A program made the translations under genes and the position numbers. The notes under the pieces were generated by a model. The model was not told the origin of the DNA and did not search any database. It saw nothing but the letters and a program-made list of their open reading frames with translations. This document shows, in pieces, positions 20,236 through 29,028 of a stretch of DNA of 29,028 nt; positions within the stretch are counted from its first letter, which is position 1; every line of letters begins with the position of its first letter. Source of the DNA: Proteromonas lacertae (lineage: Eukaryota); contig NGBS01000020.1 of the NCBI GenBank assembly GCA_002245135.1, forward strand, positions 62,001 through 91,028. Reading direction: 5' to 3'.

Positions 20236-20893
20236 TAAAGTGGTAAAAAGTTTGAAGGCTTGTTATCTTTATGAAAGATTTTTAATGGTGAATCGTCTGC
20301 TTTAGAACCTTTACAAGCTCAAACAAAGTTTCAAGAGTCTTTAAGAGATTATAGTGAAAACAATATTTATATCTACAGGTATATATAAATATATTGATTA
20401 TTCTTATCACTAGAAAATCATTATTGGAAAATTTCAACAGAGGTGAATATTTTGTAGAAATTAATTTAGCTTATCTAGGAATATTCAACAATGTTTTACT
20501 TGATGTATTACAAAGAGAGACAAATTGTTATTTACCACAAGTACATTAAACAATTATTATTACTTATCAATAGTTTGAAATTGCAGCTCAAAGAGTAGTA
20601 GAAAATGAGTTAAATGCAGAAAATTCTCCCTCAATCAATGTCTTATTAAAATTTTCACAAAACTCAATATCAATCCGATCATTAAATGTATAAATGAAAT
20701 GATTTTTAATGTACATATATATAATAGGCAAATCATGTGAACAAACTAGTCAGTATATCAGGACTTATAATCAGTGCATCTCTTTAAAGACCAAGAGCCA
20801 TCAAAGTCGCAATTCGTTGTTCAAATTATAAGTATTTAAAGTATATCCCAGTTCCTTCTGCATTTGGAAATGTTCAATTACCTATGAATTATG
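20236..20893 (+). pseudogene. MCM5: N-terminal fragment of an MCM helicase subunit (MCM5-like) with three introns (20379-20413, 20541-20573, 20688-20727)
   Basis: Spliced: KFQESLRDYSENNIYIYRKSLLENFNRGEYFVEINL...YLPQFEIAAQRV...SIRSLNANHVNKLVSISGLIISASL*RPRAIKVAIRCSN. Internal stop, no start codon, no AAA domain. Confidence 0.75.
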
Positions 20894-21152
20894 TTGGTTA
20901 GTTTAAACATTCCCAACAAAGCATTCATCAAAAGAAGAATAATCGTGAATATTTAAATTCGCTTATTTATATGCTCAGTTATTGATAGTTGATGCTAGTT
21001 TTTTCTATTGACCTATTGATGTTCCTGGTTCAGGTACAATTTATCTACAATAACTAGTTCAAGATTAACAATTGGTAGAACCAGCGTTTAGAAAAATTAC
21101 TAGTGATGATTTTTATTGGAATGAGTTTAAAACGATTGAGTTTGAATGAATA

Positions 21153-21345
21153 TATTAAAGTTACAAGTAGATCAAAGTGGTAATGGACATATCAATCAAT
21201 ATAAAATAATAAAGAAATTAGTTGAATTATGTGAAGATCCATCAAAGAATCAATATGCAATAAAAATATTAAACAAATCAATTAAAACAGGTAGTATAAG
21301 TCCATTGAGTGATATTTGGGCAATGGGAATTTCACTATAATATAG
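21153..21345 (+). pseudogene. Mirror copy of the kinase remnant (3' part only)
   Basis: Identical LKLQVDQSGNGHINQY...SDIWAMGISL. Confidence 0.65.
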
Positions 21346-21527
21346 GAATGTGTGCTTGTTAAAGTAATAATTGAGACTTGTTTATCGAACAGAAAAGAAA
21401 TTATAGTGATTTAAAAAGGTTTTTTAGAAGAGATGATTTAACAAAGTAAAAGTTATACAAAGTTAAAGAATTAGCTTTTGAATATATGAAAGGATTAATA
21501 GAAGTTAATTAATTACAATTAATATCA

Positions 21528-22000
21528 AAGTGTTTGGAAGGTGAAGAATCTATGACAATATATAATAACTAATAATGCTTTGAATGTAAGTGTTGTAAAA
21601 GAGAGTATTGGTAAAGCTAATAAGATCACAATTACAAATGATAAAGGTCTTCTTACACCTGAGAAATTTTAAAGAATGGTTGTAAAAGCTAGATATTCAA
21701 AGCTAAATCATGAGAGGTAAATTGAATATAAAAGAAGTAGCTTTATAATATATGAAAAGATTAGTAGAAGTATATCAATTACAATTCAATAGAGATAACT
21801 TCGTTGTAGGTATAAGAAATGCTTTAGAAAGCAAATTATCAAAATTCATGATTATTAACTTACCAATGGCTAGTAGTTTAATAAATGTAAGTAAATTATG
21901 TTCAAGAAGGTGATAATTTAACAATAATAGAAGCTATGGAAATGTAAAATATGTTGACTTCCTCGAATAGATACAAGATTGCCAAAATTTAGTTGAATGA
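21528..22000 (+). pseudogene. Mirror copies of the HSP70 and biotinyl-domain fragments, each further deleted
   Basis: Lacks left-arm 19303-19368 (66 nt) and 18948-18976 (29 nt). Confidence 0.7.
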
Positions 22001-22626
22001 TTTGTTTTTTAAGAAAAAGGTTCAATTATCTGTTAGTTATAAATAAATATGTCTTAATGACTTAGTTAAATTGTTTTTATGGGATAAACGATTGAAATAC
22101 AGCTTAAGATAGTTATTCAGATAGTAAATAAGTCAAACAGTTTAAAAAATAATAGTATTTATTAATTAATTAACAAAAATAAGCCCTAGCTTCCTATAGG
22201 AGGCAGGTGCTCAAATTTTATAAAATATAAAAAATTATTCAAGCCGAGCTTGTGTTATCACACATTATATTTTGAGCATTCTCATCTAATAGTAAGATAT
22301 TTAATAAAAAAACTGCTGGAGATCCTGTGTACAGTTATTATGTACAATAGGTTGGGATCAAAAATGCTCAAATCATTAAAAGATCGTGAAATTAGACCAA
22401 AAAAAGTTGTGCTATCCCTACCATCTTCTCAGAATCTCTTAATTAAGCAATTATAGTCAAGTAATATAAAATATTAGAGTCAAACTCTAACTAGATTAGG
22501 CGAGTTCAAATTTTGAACACGCGTCTAAACCAAAACTTCCCCAAAAAAGTATATTGCAGACATAGGTTATATGACAAAGTAAGTATAAAAGTAACAATTT
22601 TTCATCACAATAATTAAGAATATATA

Positions 22627-22830
22627 TTTAGCTAATGTAGACTAAAATACATTAACTGAAATGATTAGAACAACTTAATGTTGATCATAGGACATTTAAA
22701 ATGAAAAAGATAATATAGAATCAAGCCTCACTCAAGCCTATTTTTTACATTTCTTTTTTAAATAGAAAGATTTAATAATTATTATATTCTAATTATTTCA
22801 GCTAATGTAATTTAGTCTATATTAGCTAAA
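22627..22830. mobile_element. Mirror copy of the MITE-like element
   Basis: Reverse complement of 17971-18174. Confidence 0.7.
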
Positions 22831-23000
22831 TATACATTTAGTTTGCTTCAAAAATTTCTAGAAAACAAACGGCGCAAATATTCAAACTATTGATATTAAC
22901 AACAAATTATACTGCAAAGGTAGGTCATATAACAAAGTAAGTATAAAAGTAACAATATTTCATCAAAACAAGTAAGAATATGTATTTAGTTTGTTTTGAA

Positions 23001-23844
23001 AGTGTCTGGTAGACAAACGGCCAACTATGACAAACGGCTCGCAACAACTGGGATCACCGGAGTGATGATTACCTTCCTTGGTCTTGGAATGCCTTTATCC
23101 ATAAAGCTTTTTATCATAGCATTCCCGTAAGTGTCGGAGTCTTTTACTCGTATCTTATAAGTGAAGAGCTTCTCAATCTTCTCCTGTCTGGTTGCCTTCT
23201 TCGGGAAGGTCAATTCCTCCTTACGTTCCTGATCGTAGTTCTCGGTGACTTCACGGATCAGGTTGAAATAGTTCTTATTCATTGGCTTCATCGGCTGAGA
23301 ATTATCGGACTGCCCCACAACTCACTTTGTTAATTCGGTCTTGACGTTTCTCAGAATTGACTTTTACTCACTCCTGGTAATCACGCAATTCCCAGTCATC
23401 TCCATGAAGATAAGGATTCCTCCGAAGAATGAACTTAGGGCAAATGCAAAGGCCCATCAACACGATAAACTAGTCCAGGAAGTAATAACAACCCTTGGAA
23501 TTCATAAGCCTAGAGAATCACTTACTTTAGTTCACCAGGAAGTATTATCTCAAGAGTCTTCATCGGCAATATCAGTTCATCGTGGTTCAGATACTGTTTC
23601 AAATACTCCTTCAAGAACATCATCGTTCGTGTCTTATCGGAGTGATGATTAGAACTCCATTGTTTATCAAGACTGTTACCTAGCAGTTCCCTTCACAACA
23701 GAACCAAAGGCTTTCATCAATCTAAGTATAGATGGGAACGTAAAGGGTTTTGTTTGTTGTGGCAGCTCCTTCTACGTCTCTTTATTAGCTTCGCTTCATA
23801 GTGAGGACATCAAAGTTATTCACAAGAACGCTCTTGTAAGATTC
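23001..23844. other. Mirror copy of the GC-richer island
   Basis: Identical mirrored ORFs 23025-23318 and 23341-23652. Confidence 0.5.
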
Positions 23845-24079
23845 CTATGTTTCAAAGCATGAATTATATCTTCAATCATATTATCTTGTGATGAGAAAAT
23901 TAACTCTTTTTCCAACAATTTTAATTTGTATCTATATCTATATTGCCGATGAAGATATATATATATTTGTTTTTCTAGAAAATTCAATTAAATAACACAG
24001 AGTGTAATGAAATTAAAACCAATTCACACAATAATATACTTAATCGAAGTGTTTTAATTGTGAAGAATGAAGTATTTTG

Positions 24080-24892
24080 ATGATTAAAAATTGGGGAACT
24101 AAGATGATTACATATTTATTAGTTTTTATATTCTTTATATCTACATTTCTTTTCTATTTAAAACTAAATTCTAGCAATTATACATTTAGATTGAAGAAGA
24201 AAAATATGTATAACGAAATATCTAAATTATTAACTATGTGTAATAAAACAAAAAGACAATATTATCAAATATCTAGTCATAGTCGATATATACAATATAT
24301 GAATAATTTATCTTGTGAGTGTAAAGGAATAGGGTATTGGGGAGGATTTTGCTTAACAAAGAGTAAAATTAATGTAGGAGGAAATCAAAAACATGATTTA
24401 GGTTTAGCAAACTCTTTAGCAACATTATTTCAAAATGAAACAGTTGTTGATTTAGGAGCTGGTTTAGGATGGTATTGTCCTGTAATTTCTATTAAATCAA
24501 AAATATGTGACCAGTATGATGGATCAGTAAATATAGAAGAAATTACTAATGGTAAAGTTAAATATTTAAATTTAGCTGAACCAATACAATTTGAATGCAA
24601 CTATGATATAGTTATATCACTTGAAGTAGCAGAGCACATACCACAAAATTATGAAAATAACTATATAAATAACCTTGTAAAGTGTAGCAGAAAATCTATA
24701 CTTATTACATGGAGTAGTATAGGTCAGGCTGGACATTTTCATGTAAATAACAAACGAAAAGAAGATGTAATAAGCATATTTGCTAGAAAAGGTTTTAAAT
24801 ATAAACCAAAATTAACTAATAAACTAAAGAATTCTACATTTATTTGGTGGTTGAAGAATAACATACTATTTTTTACTAGAAATAATATATAA
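24080..24892 (+). CDS. Signal-anchored SAM methyltransferase, mirror copy
   Basis: Protein identical to 15910-16722. Confidence 0.85.
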   Translation: MIKNWGTKMITYLLVFIFFISTFLFYLKLNSSNYTFRLKKKNMYNEISKLLTMCNKTKRQYYQISSHSRYIQYMNNLSCECKGIGYWGGFCLTKSKINVGGNQKHDLGLANSLATLFQNETVVDLGAGLGWYCPVISIKSKICDQYDGSVNIEEITNGKVKYLNLAEPIQFECNYDIVISLEVAEHIPQNYENNYINNLVKCSRKSILITWSSIGQAGHFHVNNKRKEDVISIFARKGFKYKPKLTNKLKNSTFIWWLKNNILFFTRNNI

Positions 24893-24924
24893 GTATATTT
24901 ATATTCCTCACCAAAATGTAATTG

Positions 24925-25871
24925 ATGATTTTATTTTCATATATTGTTATATTTTTGTATATTATCTATTTCTTACATACTAACCTTATAAAGAATCAGT
25001 TTTTTAGTGATGTATATTATATTAAGCAAAAGTCTTATATAAAACAAAGTGGAAAAACGAAAGATTTAAATATAAATCATTTAAATATTTCAACAATTTT
25101 ATTACAACCTTATCATCTATTTAAGTACAAGAGATATATTATTTATGGCATTACTTCAAGATGTGATTCATTTAAGACTAGAATAATTATTAGAACAACT
25201 ATTAAAAAGAAATAAAAGAGCATAATTGTAATTTCTTTTTCTTTGTTGGTAAATCTCGTAATAATGTATATAACTCGTTAATTAAAAAAGAGCGAGTACT
25301 ATTTAATGACATTATCCAAATGTCATTTTATGAAAGCTATTTCAACTTGACTATTATGACAATAATGATGATAGAATGGGTTATAAATAATTGTATATTC
25401 TCATATTTTATTAAGAATGATCAAGATGTTATACCTAACATTAAAATAATATATAATTTTCTAACGCATACAAAGAATGATTTATGTTCATATGGAATAT
25501 TATCTACTAAAGAAAATGTATCTAGAAATAATAGGTCTATAAACTATATACCGTATTTATCTTATAATTATACAATTTTACCTAATTATTTATATGGTTA
25601 TTTTGCAATATATAATAGTAAATTATTAAAAGAAATCAATTCACTCTCTCGTATTACCTATCCAATAATATATAAGGAAGATGTTCATATAGGTTTATTA
25701 GCTTCAAAAAGTAATTTTTCATTATGTCAAATTAGATACAAAATAATTAGCATAAAGAATTATAAGGTTATCAACATCATTAGAAATTTAAATAACATAA
25801 TAGCTATACATGGAGTAAAAAAGAACTATAGTGAATATTTTAAGTTGCTTAATTCTATTTATACTAAATGA
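24925..25871 (+). CDS. GT31, mirror copy with a 1-nt deletion in the A run at about 25204-25208
   Basis: A5 here versus a 6-nt run in the left arm. Confidence 0.7.
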
Positions 25872-26889
25872 GTTATGTAGAATCAATTATTGTTTTAGTA
25901 GTAATATATATTATTTATATATATATAAATGAAAGCAATTATGAAGTATATCATATAATAAAGATGTATAACAGTAAGAATATATCAGTAAATGTGAAAA
26001 TAAAAGCTGGTTTAGGTAATAGAATCATGTCATTTGTAGGAATTGTTGTTATTTCGTTTTACTATGAGTTGAAACCATATAGTATTTTAATAAATATGTT
26101 TATATATAGTTATAAATTGGAATGAATTTAATTTATTCTATCATATACCAAACTATAATATAACCAAAAGTATTAAATTGAATATGAGAGTAAATAGAAT
26201 ATGTCCTTTTAACCTAAAACTATTGAAAGGTATACATATCAATAATGACATTTTCTTTGATTATATCTGGTGTGATTTACTTTGTGATATGAGCAAAACC
26301 AGCATATTTCAATCCAAAATTAAAACGTATATTAATGTTCCAGAAAAGTATAAGAAATATAACTATTTTGTTTCTTATCTATATTACACAATACTAACCA
26401 AATTATTAATAGTCAACAGAGTTATAACACATAAAGTAAATATGTTTATGAAAAAGTATATGAATATGCCTTATATAGGAATACAAATAAGACTAGGAAA
26501 TGATGATCTAAAAGAAATACCTTTTTCTAATGTTACTGACATCAAAAGATGCTATATATAGCCTCCTTAAATAAAAAGTACAAGTTATGGTATTTAACAG
26601 GTGATTCTTATAATATTAAAAAAGAATTTGTAAAAATAACAAAAATACTATTACATATTCTTATAATATTACAAAGCATTATGCAAAACATACAACTGAT
26701 ACTACAATAGTAATAGAACATATTATTTTATCTAAATCTAAGTTTTTAATAATATCAAAGAGTACATTTGGTTTAACTGCATTATTACGATCAGGACTAT
26801 TATTAAATTACAAATATAACTTATGTTATGTAGTAAAATACGGAAAAGCTTATAATTTAAAATATTACTTCAAACAATTTTTTGATTAA
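25868..26889 (+). CDS. Fucosyltransferase-like, mirror copy (intron 26082-26109) with 1-nt deletions at about 26545 and 26620
   Basis: A runs are one base shorter than in the left arm. Confidence 0.7.
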
Positions 26890-26967
26890 TGTAAATAAAA
26901 TTACGACACAAAAATATTTTCTTCTATTTATCTATTGATGTGTGTAAGTTGAATAAAAAATGCTGTA

Positions 26968-27785
26968 TTAATACAGCTGTTTTAAATCATGTACTAATGA
27001 ATTTTGTTTTAGTATGAAATTGTGATTATATTCATAATGAATTGTAATATTATTTTGTCCTCTATTAATACAAAAATTTCTCACTCCACTCATATATGAA
27101 ATTATTGTAAATGCGCTTTGATCATATCTATGATTCTTTATTGTAGAACCATTTGGTGAAATGCATGATAATGTTAAAGAACATCTTTTCCACGCTTCCA
27201 AAACTTTTGAAGATAGTTGCGAAGGATACATAAATGCTATTGTTGCAGCTGAACATGACACTAAATCTAAAATACTTGTGTTTGCATTCAAAATTTGGAC
27301 ATTTCATGATGTGTATATGGTTTTAGAGGATGAAATCCTCTTTCTGACCATATGTGATATTTTTTGATATGATTAAGAATTCCATTTAATGATCCATATA
27401 TATTACATCCACTATCAAGCCATATTAAAGGTAATCTATACATGTAATATGTTTTATATATGATTATTGACTTCCATGCATATCTTCCATTTTCAATACT
27501 AATATTGAGAAAAGAAGGATAATTGTTGTAATCAAAATGATTTATTTTCACTTTTCTATTAAAATAAGAATAATTTAATAATAAATTATATGTACTTTTT
27601 GTTAAGCCAAGATTCCATACACTTAAATAACAGTTATTTATATTTTTTTGAAATGATAATATTAAATTTAATAATGATAATTCATGATTATATGATGAAC
27701 CTGTAACAACTACACAATCAATATCATTATTTGACAAATATAAATAAAACATAATTGAAAAGAATAATAATATATAAAATATCAT
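26968..27785 (-). CDS. DUF1647 protein, mirror copy with a 1-nt deletion at about 27291
   Basis: Split ORFs match 13013-13831. Confidence 0.7.
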
Positions 27786-28590
27786 CTATATTATCATATT
27801 ACAATGATAATCTTTAATATAGAATCCTAAAGGTTTTTTAAATATAGCTACTTTATATCCTTTTACAACAATTCTAGAAATAAAATCTAAATCTTCTGTT
27901 GAGTATAGTGACTCATTAAATCTAATATATTTCATTATATTTCTTTTAAGCGAAGGCCATCCATTAGTAATATAGAAACCATTCGATACATCACATTTAT
28001 ATATTCTATTATCATACATGAAAGTAATTCTACATCTTTTTGTTATTTCATTATATTGATTAATTACTGCATATTTTTTGTAAATAGTTAATCCATTATA
28101 TATGTTTAATTTGCTGTAATTTTTAGTAGATGGGTGGAAAAGAATATCAATATAAGTATTTTCTTTAAATATTTTTTCTATATAATATATTCTATATTTT
28201 GACATTATATCATCAACATCAAAAAAAGAATAATTGAACAACTTGAATGAGAAATCCATAATTTCTATTTGAAGCAGCATTGTAATTTCTTTGTCGTGTT
28301 AAAATTACTAATTTTTTTGTACATCTCTCTAATTTAATAGAAGTGCTAAGAATTATATCAAAACTTGAATTATAGACACCAGATATTACTAAAACAATCT
28401 CATCAGGTTGTTTTATAGATTTACATATACTTCTTATCAGAATATTATTACATCTATTAAAATCTTCTATTTTAGATGGGATTATTAGCGATATACATAA
28501 TGGATGGTTAATTGAATTTATTTCAATATATGTATTATAAAATACAATAAAAAATATAACAATAAGAAAGAAAATTAACTGTTTAGGCAA
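27786..28590 (-). CDS. GT2, mirror copy with 1-nt deletions at about 28229 and 28252
   Basis: Split ORFs match 12206-13012. Confidence 0.7.
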
Positions 28591-28610
28591 TGTATCTCAA
28601 CATAACTTTA

Positions 28611-29028
28611 TTAATTAATTCTTGAATTTTTGTACTTGTAATACAAAGAAAAGGAATTAAATCAGTTGATTTTATCCTGTGAATAACAGCTACATCTTTG
28701 TTATTTCACATTTGTGAGGAAGTATTGCATAACTAGATACTCTATTAATATTTATATTCAATTTGTAAAGTAACCATGATATATATTGATCATCAATTCT
28801 CATTAAATAAGGAAATTTATAAGAATAATTAAATAATAGCGAAGGTATATCGTATGTAAAAATAGTGACAAATCCAGAATAGACATTAATTCCATTTTTA
28901 GGAAATAATGAATTATAGTATTCAGCTATTTTTAAAGAGAACTATATTTGAATGATTGATCTCCATTGACTTTTTCCATTTCTGTTTTTCAGCTCCCAAA
29001 ATTGATATATTAACTCTTTATATTGCAT
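28611..29028 (-). CDS. 3' part of GT31, mirror copy, with many 1-nt deletions
   Basis: Matches 11763-12185. Confidence 0.65.

Larger units (their letters stand above)
21153..29028 (-). repeat. Right arm of the giant inverted duplication (runs off the window)
   Basis: Reverse complement of 11763-19743. Confidence 0.95.

Noticed and set aside
24925..29028. Right-arm genes as true pseudogenes or phase variants
   Set aside because: The lesions seen are 1-nt losses in homopolymer runs that become denser toward the window end, the usual signature of low-coverage long-read consensus error.
1..29028. CRISPR array, rRNA, complete tRNA or telomeric repeats
   Set aside because: No regularly spaced repeats or recognisable RNA gene signatures were found by eye.

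Overview
Very AT-rich eukaryotic DNA (roughly 20% GC by eye). Tiny GT-AG spliceosomal introns (24-40 nt) and near-zero intergenic space suggest a compact protist genome; Blastocystis-like is my inference and is not verified. Positions 1-16.7 kb are an almost uninterrupted cluster of 14 glycan-modifying genes, nearly all with N-terminal signal anchors. It comprises 3 fucosyltransferase-like, 3 nucleotide-diphospho-sugar transferase (GT77-like), 2 GT31, 2 GT2-like, 1 DUF1647, 1 DUF3405-like and 2 SAM methyltransferase genes. The genes are packed with abutting or overlapping start and stop codons, and three appear to start at TTG. An intact pogo/Tigger (DD32D) transposon with 21-bp TIRs and a TA duplication sits between two divergent genes. 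From 11763 (or further left) onward the window is a giant inverted duplication with arms 11763-19743 and 21153-29028 and a 1.4-kb spacer. The innermost ~0.8 kb of the arms is genuinely diverged, while the outer arms differ almost only by single-base homopolymer indels. The centre holds a GC-richer unidentified island, a MITE with a visible empty site, and a mosaic of decayed housekeeping gene fragments (PCCA-like biotinyl domain, HSP70, CaMKK-like kinase, MCM5). Family assignments come from motif recognition by eye; no searches were run.
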